Assembly (NCBI GenBank): GCA_044229975.1
Contig: JBGARZ010000008.1
Coordinates: 352,001-416,000, forward strand
Direction of reading: 5' to 3'
Length of the DNA stretch: 64,000 nucleotides
Origin: Polyangiales bacterium
GTDB taxonomy: Bacteria; Myxococcota_A; Polyangia; Polyangiales; Ga0077539
This document shows positions 10,540 to 19,513 of this stretch, piece after piece. Position 1 is the stretch's first letter. Each line of letters opens with the position of its first letter. The translations under genes were made by a program, and so were the position numbers. The notes below the pieces were generated by a model, which was given only the letters and a program-made list of their open reading frames with translations, had not been told where the DNA came from and made no database searches.

Positions 10540-10646
10540 AAAGCAGGCGCCCCTTCGGGGCTTCCAGAAACGATCAGCCAACCCACTGTGCCGGCTTCGT
10601 GATGAACAAAGCGCCCTTCCGAAAGCCCCGGAGGGGCGCCCGCTTT
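10540..10646. repeat. REP-like hairpin (30-bp arms, 47-nt loop) forming the intron 5' exon
   Basis: aaagcaggcgccccttcggggcttccagaa ... ttccgaaagccccggaggggcgcccgcttt. Confidence 0.85.
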
Positions 10647-10728
10647 CGCTTGCCCGGCGGTGCAGGCGCGGGACGCGACCAACCCCGGTCTGCCAGCGGA
10701 CGCATCGACCTCCAGAGAGGTATGGCCC

Positions 10729-11298
10729 CTACCGCTGTAGCCGAACCGGAACCCCCCGGCTGGCTGGCGGGCGCGTCACGGTGTTGCCGGGCTTGAGCGT
10801 CACGACCACGTCGACCCAACCGCCTGTCGGGGTCGGGCGCACCACGCGCAGATCGAACGCCGCCGGGTCGTTGACCTGCACCGCGGGGTTCACCACCGCG
10901 TCGAGCGTGTGGTGGTTGTCGTCCTTGCCCGAGATCACGTAGACGTCCTCGCGACCGTTGCGCTGCTCAGCGTCCGCGCGCAGTGACAGAAACCCGTTGC
11001 CCGCACCGCCGCCCCCCGACGTCGGCCAGTAGCAGGTGATCTCGGCCTGGAGCACCTCGGGGTCACGCTCCAGCGCCGTCCCCACCGCAGGCGATGCGGG
11101 CACCGTCCCCTGGATGCGCGCCACCAATCCGCCGTTGCGCACCTCCTCGCAGCGCGCGCCCGCTGTGACAGCAAGCGACTGCACCTGCGACAGGTGACGA
11201 TCGACCGTCGGTCGCAGCGCCGCCGGAACGCGCCGACACCCGACGACCACCACGAGCCCGAGCGAGAGCATGCGCCATGCGTGCGGAGAGGTTCCCAT
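10729..11298 (-). CDS. Hypothetical lipoprotein
   Basis: Hydrophobic leader LSLGLVVVVGC; coding-like codon use; stop codon lies in the palindrome end. Confidence 0.6.
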   Translation of the reverse strand: MGTSPHAWRMLSLGLVVVVGCRRVPAALRPTVDRHLSQVQSLAVTAGARCEEVRNGGLVARIQGTVPASPAVGTALERDPEVLQAEITCYWPTSGGGGAGNGFLSLRADAEQRNGREDVYVISGKDDNHHTLDAVVNPAVQVNDPAAFDLRVVRPTPTGGWVDVVVTLKPGNTVTRPPASRGVPVRLQR

Positions 11299-11347
11299 CG
11301 GCCGAACGTACCTATGCTCGATGGCGAAGGAAGAGCGCGAGCTTTTC

Positions 11348-11878
11348 CTACTCTCGCGCGGCCGCGACCATCGCCAGCACCTGGGCCAGCCAGTCGTCGG
11401 CGGGAATCTCCTCGCGCCCGTCGGCGACGCGCAGCGCGCGCACGGCGACGGCGATGGGGTCTCGCTGGGTCTGGTAGCCGTACCGCCGATCGATGGTCTG
11501 GACTGGCGCGACGGAGACTTCCTTCCCCCGCGCCGCGTCGAGCAGCACCCGCGCGTACACCGTCAGGACGCCGCGCTCACAGAGCTGGGACAGCTCGGCC
11601 CGCCGGGCCCGCAGCGCGCTGCTCTCGGTCTGCGCCGCCACGTCGCACGCCTTCACGGCCTCGCGCAACTCACCGAGCCGAGTGCGAATCACCGCGAGCT
11701 GGTTGCGCGCCCGCACGAGCGCCGCCGACGAGAGGTCGGCCGCGCGCAGGGTGGACATCGTCGGACGGGCGCTCTCCCGCGTCGACCGCACGCCCGAGAC
11801 GTCTTCGAAGAGCAGCGGCCCGGTCTCAGCGACGCTCTCATCCGAACTGTCCGCCGAGGAGTTGCGCGCGCGGCTCAT
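11348..11878 (-). CDS. Hypothetical protein (coiled-coil)
   Basis: GC3-biased ORF; start uncertain; no motif recognised. Confidence 0.5.
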   Translation of the reverse strand: MSRARNSSADSSDESVAETGPLLFEDVSGVRSTRESARPTMSTLRAADLSSAALVRARNQLAVIRTRLGELREAVKACDVAAQTESSALRARRAELSQLCERGVLTVYARVLLDAARGKEVSVAPVQTIDRRYGYQTQRDPIAVAVRALRVADGREEIPADDWLAQVLAMVAAARE

Positions 11879-12037
11879 GGACCATGATGTGTCGCAAAGG
11901 GCGCGCCGAGTCGAGCAAGCTCGGCCTTGAGGCCGCGAAAAAGACATCGACGCGAGAGTCGATCAGGAGGGGGGTGTGGGAATCGGATACAGCCTTGTAC
12001 GAACCGTACACACCAGTGATCACGGGGCCCCCAGGCG

Positions 12038-13351
12038 CTACGTGAACATCCCCAGGAAGGGCGCGGCCATCAACGGCGCAGCGGGGAGCCAGAGCACGGC
12101 GAGCCCGAAGGTCGCCGCGGTGGTCTCGCAGTCCGCGAGCGAGCGAGTCCACCCCGCCGCATCGACCGGCAGCACCACCGCGTCGCGAAACGCCACCGCG
12201 TCGCGAAACGCCGCCGTCGCGAGGGTGGGCGCGCCGACCACGACGACCGCGCCCGTGTGGCCAACGAGCGCCTCGGGCAGGCGCACGATCTCGCCGTCGG
12301 CGCAGTACACGCTGCCGTCACGCGCGATGCCCGGACGCATCGGGAGTGACCTCCACGCATCGAGCGCGCGGCGGGTGCGCGAGCGGGTCCAGAGCGCGAC
12401 GGTGAGGGCGAGGGCGGCGCCGACGATCCACTCCCACGGCGGGGCGACGAAGAGCAGGTGGCGGGGAGAGCCCTTGAGTCCGATGACGGAGCTGCCGACG
12501 GAGATGAAGAGCTGCTCGTGGTAGCGCGGCGCTTCGAAGAGGGCGCCCGAGAACCTGCGCAAGGGCTGGCAGTAGAGATGGACCCGCTCGGCGCAACCGT
12601 GGCGGACGTGCGAGCGACCGGGGAATCCCGTGATGCAGCGATTGCCCTCGCGCCGCTGCTCGATGCCAGGCCCTCCGGGTGTGCTGGCGATGAACAACCC
12701 GGGGGTGTCGCGCGACGGCTCGAAGACGGCGACCGCGTGGCGATAGTCGCGCAGCCCTTCCTCGACGGAGTGGGTCGCGGTCCGCCACGTCGATGCGGCC
12801 AGCGCGACCACGACGACGGCCATCGACGCGCGGAAGGCGAGGGTCGTCGCGCGCGGTGACCACGGGGCAGAGGTCAGCGAGGTGCGCGCCACCTCGATGG
12901 TCGTCGGCAGCACGAAGAGCATGAAGAAGGACGAGCAGGTGAGGATGCTGATGCCGAGCGAGCCGCCAGCGTCGCCGTCGGAGTCGACGCGGCAGCCCAG
13001 GGGCCACGCCAGGACGAGCCACGGCGACAGCCACCACAGGGCCCGGTAGAGCGACTGCACAGCACCTGGATCGAGCCGACGACGCAGCGACAGCATGAGC
13101 GGAAGGAAGCCGCAGCACGCGCCGATGGCCGCGAGCGGATAGAGCAGCGCGGCGCCCTCGCGAGTCGACAGGACACTACTCGCGACCGCGACCACCCACG
13201 TCAGCACGAACAAGAACGGCGTCAGCCAGTGCACCCAGAACCCACCGCGCTTTGGAGGCACACCGTGGCGGGAGAGCGCGAACGCGTCGGGCGCGGGGAT
13301 CCACGGCGGCGGTCGGAGCGGGCGTCGCGTGGGTGGGTCGTCGCTCGCCAT
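12038..13351 (-). CDS. Hypothetical multi-pass membrane protein
   Basis: About 6-7 hydrophobic segments. Confidence 0.65.
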   Translation of the reverse strand: MASDDPPTRRPLRPPPWIPAPDAFALSRHGVPPKRGGFWVHWLTPFLFVLTWVVAVASSVLSTREGAALLYPLAAIGACCGFLPLMLSLRRRLDPGAVQSLYRALWWLSPWLVLAWPLGCRVDSDGDAGGSLGISILTCSSFFMLFVLPTTIEVARTSLTSAPWSPRATTLAFRASMAVVVVALAASTWRTATHSVEEGLRDYRHAVAVFEPSRDTPGLFIASTPGGPGIEQRREGNRCITGFPGRSHVRHGCAERVHLYCQPLRRFSGALFEAPRYHEQLFISVGSSVIGLKGSPRHLLFVAPPWEWIVGAALALTVALWTRSRTRRALDAWRSLPMRPGIARDGSVYCADGEIVRLPEALVGHTGAVVVVGAPTLATAAFRDAVAFRDAVVLPVDAAGWTRSLADCETTAATFGLAVLWLPAAPLMAAPFLGMFT

Positions 13352-13511
13352 CGGGGCGATGGTAACGCGTTCGTCCGATGGTGAGCCGAAGCGCGCGCGG
13401 GTGTTGGCGAGCGGGCAATCGGAACGTAGGCGTCGCGTCCCTTCGGGTAAGTCCGCGTTGAGGAGGCGTGAGTGGGCGCTCGCCGATCGTCCGGTGATAC
13501 CGTCGTCCCCG

Positions 13512-16055
13512 ATGCGCTACTCCATCCTCGCCCTCGTCGTCCTCGCGAGCGTCGCCTGCTCGACCGGCAACTCCGTCGTGGGTGGCCCCACCGACAGCGC
13601 CGTCACCGACATCGCCGAGCTCGATCGCGGCACCCTCGACGCCCCCGCCCTCGACGCCCCCGCGCTCGACGTCCCCGCGCTCGATGTCGCGCTCGATGTC
13701 GTGCTCGACGCCCCCGTCGACGCGCCCTTCCGCTGCACCACCAACGCCGACTGCGCGGGCAACACCGCCGGGTCGGTCTGCGACGTCACCACTGGTGCCT
13801 GCGTGCAGTGCGTGGCGTCCGCCGACACCTGTCCCACCGGGCAGTACTGCGTCACCGCGTCCAACACCTGCGCCGCCGGGTGCCGCGACGACGACGCCTG
13901 CGCCGCCGTCTCCACCGACGGCGGTACCTCCTCCGCCACGCCCCGCTGCAACGTCGCCACGCGTGCGTGTGTCGCCTGCGTCACCGACGACCACTGCCCC
14001 GCGGGCAACCTCTGCGTCGGCAACCTCTGCGTCGTCGGCTGCAACGCGACGCGCGCCTGCCCCACGGGCCAGACCTGCTGCTCCGGCGGGTGCGTCGACA
14101 CCCAGTCCAACACCGCCGCCTGCGGCGCCTGCGACGCCCGCTGCATGGCCCCCAACTCCGTGCCCGCGTGCCTCAACGGCATGTGCACCGTCGGCACCTG
14201 CACGGCCCCCTTCGCCGACTGCAACGGCTCCGTCTCCGACGGCTGCGAGACCAACACCCAGTCCGACGTCGACCACTGCGGGAGCTGCCCCGCCCGCTGC
14301 GCCGCGCACCCCAACACCATCGCCCGCTGCGCCGCCGGGACCTGCGCCTACGAGTGCATCACCGGCTTCGCCGACTGCGACAGCGACATGTCCAACGGCT
14401 GCGAGGTCGACACCCGCACCGACACCTCCCACTGCGGCCGCTGCGGCGGCGCGTGCTCGCTCGCCAACGCCACGGCCGCCTGCACCGCGGGCGCCTGCAC
14501 CATCGCTACGTGCACGACCGGCTTCGGAGACTGCGACGGCAACGCCCCCAACGGGTGCGAGACCGACACCCGCACCAGCGTCTCCCACTGCGGCGCGTGC
14601 GCCAACGCCTGCCCCGGCGCGCCCAACGCCGTCGCCGCGTGCGCCACCGGGACGTGCGCCCTCACCTGCACCGCGGGCTTCGCCGAGTGCGACGGCAACG
14701 CCACCAACGGCTGCGAGGTCGACACCCGCACCAGCGCCACCCACTGCGGCGGCTGCGGGCGCACCTGCATGCTCGCCAACGCCACCGCGAGCTGCTCCGG
14801 GTCGCTCTGCGCCGTCGCCTCGTGCGCGCCCGGCTTCGGTGACTGCGACGGGACGGCGAGCAACGGCTGCGAGGTCGACACCCGCACCACGGTTACCCAC
14901 TGCGGAACCTGCAACAACACCTGCTCCTTCCCCAACGCGGCGGCGATCTGCGCGTCGGGCGCCTGCGCGCTCGGGACATGCAACGCGGGCTACAGCAACT
15001 GCGACGGCGTCGCCGCCAACGGCTGCGAGGTCGACACGCGCACCGACGTCACCCACTGCGGGTCGTGCAGCCGCGCGTGCGCGGTGGTCAACGGAACGCC
15101 CGGGTGCGCCGCGGGCGACTGCACCGTCGCGGCCTGCAACACCGGCTACGCCAACTGCGACGCGATGGTCGCCACCGGCTGCGAGGTCGACACCCGCGTC
15201 AGCACTGCCCACTGCGGCGGCTGCGGCATGGCCTGCGGCGCGGGGTACACCTGTGAGGCGTCGGCGTGTGTTCCGGCGACGGGGTGCGCGGCGATCCATG
15301 CGCGCTCCCCGACGCTGCCGAGCGGGGTGTATCGGCTCGACCCCGACGGCGCGGGCGGCGCGGCGGCCTTCGACGCGTACTGCGACATGACCACCGACGG
15401 CGGCGGCTGGACCCTCGTCGCCACCGTCTACAACACCCCCACGACAGACGTCCGCCGCTGGAACACCGACGCCGTCTTCAGCGATGGCAGCACCTTCGGG
15501 AGCCTCGCGGCGCGCGACACCGACGACTACAAGAGCGCCGGCTACGCGACGGTGCGGGCCAACGACCTCCTGGTGCTGACCGACGAGTACCACTTCGGGT
15601 TTCGCTCGCTGCTCGGCACCACGGCCCTCGGCCCCTACGTGGGCTCGCGGGTGACGTCGATGTGCGCGCAGAGCTGGATCCGTTCGGGGGTCGACTTCGC
15701 GTCGTCCAACCTCAGCGCCACCCAGCGGCAGGGGCTCGGCTTCGTGGTGCGCGGCCTCGACTTCAACGGCGGCGGCCCCTCCAACGCCTGCGCCACCACC
15801 GGCACCAACGAGAACAACTTCCTCAGCTTCGCGTCAGGCCCCTCGTGGTGGCTCTTCGGCGTCGGCAACTGCGTGAGCTGCGCCAGCGACTGGACCACCT
15901 ACGACAACGGCATGCTCAACCTCGCCACGCTCACCTTCGCCGCGTGCTCGGCGGGCGCGTGGCCCTGCAACGGCAACTCTCTCTACTGGTCCAACGCCGC
16001 GTACCCCTCCAGCACCGCGACCAAGACCCGCTACGTGCAGCTCCTGGTGCGCTGA
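13512..16055 (+). CDS. Cys-rich repeat lipoprotein with C-terminal fibrinogen/intelectin-like domain
   Basis: Lipobox VAC; LDAPA spacer; many CDGxxxNGCEVDTRTxxxHCGxC repeats; YCDMTTDGGGWTLV and TFGSLAARDTDDYKSAGY. Confidence 0.85.
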   Translation: MRYSILALVVLASVACSTGNSVVGGPTDSAVTDIAELDRGTLDAPALDAPALDVPALDVALDVVLDAPVDAPFRCTTNADCAGNTAGSVCDVTTGACVQCVASADTCPTGQYCVTASNTCAAGCRDDDACAAVSTDGGTSSATPRCNVATRACVACVTDDHCPAGNLCVGNLCVVGCNATRACPTGQTCCSGGCVDTQSNTAACGACDARCMAPNSVPACLNGMCTVGTCTAPFADCNGSVSDGCETNTQSDVDHCGSCPARCAAHPNTIARCAAGTCAYECITGFADCDSDMSNGCEVDTRTDTSHCGRCGGACSLANATAACTAGACTIATCTTGFGDCDGNAPNGCETDTRTSVSHCGACANACPGAPNAVAACATGTCALTCTAGFAECDGNATNGCEVDTRTSATHCGGCGRTCMLANATASCSGSLCAVASCAPGFGDCDGTASNGCEVDTRTTVTHCGTCNNTCSFPNAAAICASGACALGTCNAGYSNCDGVAANGCEVDTRTDVTHCGSCSRACAVVNGTPGCAAGDCTVAACNTGYANCDAMVATGCEVDTRVSTAHCGGCGMACGAGYTCEASACVPATGCAAIHARSPTLPSGVYRLDPDGAGGAAAFDAYCDMTTDGGGWTLVATVYNTPTTDVRRWNTDAVFSDGSTFGSLAARDTDDYKSAGYATVRANDLLVLTDEYHFGFRSLLGTTALGPYVGSRVTSMCAQSWIRSGVDFASSNLSATQRQGLGFVVRGLDFNGGGPSNACATTGTNENNFLSFASGPSWWLFGVGNCVSCASDWTTYDNGMLNLATLTFAACSAGAWPCNGNSLYWSNAAYPSSTATKTRYVQLLVR

Positions 16056-16056
16056 C

Positions 16057-17988
16057 TCACCCCAGCGCCTCGCCCTCGTCCGACCACGCGCTGCACCACG
16101 CGTCCGTCGCCTGCGCGTGCTCCAACAGGCCCTTGTAGTACCGGTGACGCGCCATCAGCCCGCCGTCACCCAGCACCAGCAGCCAGCGCTTCGCCCGCGT
16201 GAGCGCGACGTTCATCCGCCGCACGTCGCGCAGGAAGCCGATCTCCCCCTCGTCGTTGCTGCGCACCAGGTCGACCACCATCACCAGCTTCTCGCGGCCC
16301 TGGAAGCCGTCGACGCTGCTCACCTCCAGGCCCTCGTCGAGCAGGTCCGTCGCGCGATCACGGATCTCCCTCACCTGCGCCTGGTACGGCGTGATGACCC
16401 CGATGTCCGTCGGCGAGATCCCGCGCGACACCAGCCGTCGCACCTCGGCCACCGCGCGCTCCGCGTTGCCCGGGTTGCGCGTGCTCGGGTCTTCGCCCTC
16501 CCGAACCTCCTCCCACCCACGCCCCACCGCGTCGAGCAGCACGAAGGGCCCCGGTCGCGCCGGGTCTTCCCTCGCTCCGACGTCACTCAGCAACGCGTGC
16601 GCGACCCACGGCGCGGCCCGCAGCTCACCGCCGTACGTAGCAGCGTTGGGGTACGCCATCAGCGCCTCGTGCATCCGGTGCTGCACCCGCAGCAGCGTCA
16701 CCAGCGAGCGTGAGTGAGGACCCGCCGCGAGGCGCTCGAAGAAGGTCTCGGCGAGCCCGAGCTTCTCGGCCTCCTCACCGATGACCGTCGGCGGGAGCTG
16801 GTGCGGATCACCCGCGAGCACCGCGATGGGCGCGTGCTGTAGCGCGACGAGCGCGATGGGGTCGGGCGCCTGCGTCGCCTCGTCGAGCACCACGCGGTCG
16901 AAGCGAAGGCTCGCGATCTGCCACGACTCTGATCCGGCGGCGGTGACGGCGATGACCTCCGCGCCGTCGAGGATGCCCGCCTGCGCGTCGCGGGTCGCCC
17001 GGCGTGCGCTCGCGAAGAGGCCGCCCACCTCGGCCCGAACATCACGGCGCTCCTGGCCAGTGGCCGCGTTGCGCTTCTCGCGCTGACGGAGGCGCTGGCG
17101 GAGGGACTCGGCCTCGCGGATCCAGTCGCGCGCGAGGCGCGAGGCGTCGCTCGCTTCGAGGAGCGCGTCGAGGGTGTGCGCTTCCATCTCTGGAGAGACG
17201 CGCGCGGGGTGGCCGATGCGCACGAGACGAACGCCCGCGAGCACGAGCCGCTCGGCGAGGTTGTCGACGGCGGTGTGGCTGGCGGCGGTGACCAGCACCC
17301 GCTCACCCCGCGCCACGGCCTGCCGAACGATCTCCGCGAGGGTGCGGGTCTTGCCGGTTCCGGGTGGGCCGAGGACGAGGGAGAGGTCGCGGCCGAGGGC
17401 GCGCTGCACGGCGGTGCGCTGGTCGTCTTCGAGCGCGTCGTCGAACCACTCGGTGACGGCCACGGCCGACTCATTGGGCGGCGGAGGAGAGACGCCGAAG
17501 AGGACGTTGAGGTGCTGCCACGCGACGCTGCCGGGGGTCTCGGCGGCGGCGGCGTCGAGGGCAGCGCGGCCGCGGTTGTAGGTGACGTCGGAGGCTTCGG
17601 CGTCGAGGCGCCAGCCAGGTTCCCAGAGGTCGTCGGCGTCGGAGTCGGCGATCATCACGCCGACGCGGTCGGGGCTGCGGCGAGCCATCACGCCGCGGAT
17701 GGCGCCGGGCTCGTCGGGCTGCGCGCGCCACAGGATGACGGGGTCGCCGGGGCCGAGGCGCAGGTCGCGGAGGTTGGCGCCGCGCTCGGGGCGAAACCAC
17801 AGGAGCAGGCGCTCACCGGGCGCGGGGAGGGCTTCATCGAGGGAGAGGTTGCGCAGCGCGAGGCGGGCCTCGACGCGGTCGGCGATGGTGGTCGAAGCGC
17901 GCTCGGCGGCGAAGCGTTCGCGGACGGCGTCGCGCTCGGCGGACCACGCGCGTTGCAGACGGGAGAGGTGGGAGGAGAGGTCGCTCAC
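16057..17988 (-). CDS. IGHMBP2/Upf1-like SF1 helicase
   Basis: GPPGTGKT, SHTAVDNL, DEATQ, GDPHQLPP, QHRMH, ITPYQAQV, SVDGFQGRE, RMNVALTRAK. Confidence 0.93.
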   Translation of the reverse strand: MSDLSSHLSRLQRAWSAERDAVRERFAAERASTTIADRVEARLALRNLSLDEALPAPGERLLLWFRPERGANLRDLRLGPGDPVILWRAQPDEPGAIRGVMARRSPDRVGVMIADSDADDLWEPGWRLDAEASDVTYNRGRAALDAAAAETPGSVAWQHLNVLFGVSPPPPNESAVAVTEWFDDALEDDQRTAVQRALGRDLSLVLGPPGTGKTRTLAEIVRQAVARGERVLVTAASHTAVDNLAERLVLAGVRLVRIGHPARVSPEMEAHTLDALLEASDASRLARDWIREAESLRQRLRQREKRNAATGQERRDVRAEVGGLFASARRATRDAQAGILDGAEVIAVTAAGSESWQIASLRFDRVVLDEATQAPDPIALVALQHAPIAVLAGDPHQLPPTVIGEEAEKLGLAETFFERLAAGPHSRSLVTLLRVQHRMHEALMAYPNAATYGGELRAAPWVAHALLSDVGAREDPARPGPFVLLDAVGRGWEEVREGEDPSTRNPGNAERAVAEVRRLVSRGISPTDIGVITPYQAQVREIRDRATDLLDEGLEVSSVDGFQGREKLVMVVDLVRSNDEGEIGFLRDVRRMNVALTRAKRWLLVLGDGGLMARHRYYKGLLEHAQATDAWCSAWSDEGEALG

Positions 17989-18021
17989 GGCGTGCGCAGG
18001 GTAGCGCGAGGCAGTGGGTGC

Positions 18022-18194
18022 GGGGCGCTACTCGTCGGACGAGTGAGCGCGCGAGACGGCTCCGGGGCGTCACTCGTCGGACGAGTGAGCGCGCCAGACG
18101 GCTCCAGGGCGCTACTCGTCGGAAGAGTGGGCTCCCGGGACGCCTCGGGGGCGCTACTCGTCGGACGAGTGAGCACGCCAGACGGCTCCGGGGC
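18022..18194. repeat. Intergenic tandem repeat, 4 x 42 bp with internal palindrome
   Basis: Unit ggggcgctactcgtcggacgagtgagcgcgccagacggctcc starting at 18022, 18064, 18106, 18148. Confidence 0.9.
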
Positions 18195-18328
18195 CTTCCT
18201 CCGACGACCGCCCACGCCCGCGGCGGCCGATCGGCGCGAGGCAGGGACGGCTTCTTCGGGAGCTTCGGGGAGGGCATCATGACGCCGATGATCGTCCGAA
18301 GCGCCTGACCCGTCGTATCGTCGGCGCC

Positions 18329-19513
18329 ATGAGCCCGCGTCCTGGTCGACCGCTTCTGTCCGTCGCGCTGCTGCTCCTCGCGGGCTGTGCCAACACCGTC
18401 GAGGACGAGCCCGACGCGGTGGTCGAAGACGACGTCGTGAGCGAAGAAGACGTCCCCAAGGAAGACGTCACCTTCCCGACCTTCCCCGACCGCGGCTTCC
18501 CCACCGACAACCCTCCCGTCGACACCGGCGCCCGCGACGCTGGCGCACCCGACCGCGCCGACGTCCCCGCCGCCGACGTGCGACCCGACGTGCCCATGGA
18601 CGTCCCCGTCGACGTGCGACCCGACGTGCCGATGGATGTCCCGATGGACGTCCGGCCCGATGTCCCGATGGACGTTGACGTGGACGTGCGACCCGACGTG
18701 CCCATGGACGTTGCGGTCGATGTACGGCCCGACGTCGTGCTCGCCGACGTGGTCACGGCCGACGTCGTCACGGCCGACTGGTCGACCCGCGCCAACGATC
18801 GCCAGTGCGCCGACCCCGGTGTGCTCGGGTCGCGCCGCGCGTTTCGCTGCCCACCGGGCGGAACCATCGCGACCATCTGGGGCACCGACGAGTACACGCA
18901 CGACTCGCCCGTCTGCGTCGCGGCCGTCCACGCCGGGCGCATCACCCTCGCGGGCGGCGGCGACATCACCATCGAAATGCACCCCGGCCGCGACTCGTAC
19001 GCAGCGAGCACCCGCAACGGCGTGACGTCCTCTTCCTATCCCGCGTGGTCGTGCTCGTATGCGGTGATCGCCTCCGCGTGCCCGACGGGCCAGACCGAGT
19101 GCGGCACGACCTGCGTCGACACCCGCTCCAGCGTCTCGCACTGCGGCGCCTGCGGTCGCGCGTGTGCCACCGGAGAGACCTGCGAGTCAGGCGTCTGCGC
19201 TCCGCCCGCGACCCCATGGAACACCACCGCCCAGGGCGTTCACGAGTGCACCACCACCGGGGTCATCGGGTCGCGCTACGTCTACCGCTGCGCGCCCGGC
19301 GGCACCCTGGGCCTCGTCTGGGGAACGGACGTCTACACCCACGACTCGTCCATCTGCACCGCGGCCCTCCACGCGGCGCGCATCACCCAGCCCGCAGGCG
19401 GCGTGGTCACCATCCAGATGGCGCCCGCCCAGGACAGCTACGCCGCCTCCACCCGCAACGGCGTCACGTCGAACTCGTATGGACCCTGGGGCTGCTCGTT
19501 CTTCTTCCCGTAG
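18329..19513 (+). CDS. Lipoprotein with two LCCL domains
   Basis: Lipobox LAGC; DVRP/DVPM repeat spacer; two WGTDxYTHDSxxCxAAxHA...YAASTRNGVTS LCCL motifs around one Cys repeat. Confidence 0.88.
   Translation: MSPRPGRPLLSVALLLLAGCANTVEDEPDAVVEDDVVSEEDVPKEDVTFPTFPDRGFPTDNPPVDTGARDAGAPDRADVPAADVRPDVPMDVPVDVRPDVPMDVPMDVRPDVPMDVDVDVRPDVPMDVAVDVRPDVVLADVVTADVVTADWSTRANDRQCADPGVLGSRRAFRCPPGGTIATIWGTDEYTHDSPVCVAAVHAGRITLAGGGDITIEMHPGRDSYAASTRNGVTSSSYPAWSCSYAVIASACPTGQTECGTTCVDTRSSVSHCGACGRACATGETCESGVCAPPATPWNTTAQGVHECTTTGVIGSRYVYRCAPGGTLGLVWGTDVYTHDSSICTAALHAARITQPAGGVVTIQMAPAQDSYAASTRNGVTSNSYGPWGCSFFFP

Larger units (their letters stand above)
8045..10735. repeat. Large inverted repeat (~270-bp arms); right arm interrupted by hairpin + group II intron
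   Basis: 8136-8315 is the near-exact reverse complement of 8435-8614, and 8045-8135 of 10643-10735. Confidence 0.92.

Noticed and set aside
10540..10646. Integron attC site targeted by a IIC-attC intron
   Set aside because: No RYYYAAC/GTTRRRY core sites at the ends, and no integrase or cassette array.
11996..12010. TGTACG-AAC-CGTACA palindrome as a LexA or other TF site
   Set aside because: Single short instance that does not match a consensus I can support.
18022..18194. CRISPR array
   Set aside because: Units are contiguous and similar along their whole length, with no unique spacers and no cas genes.
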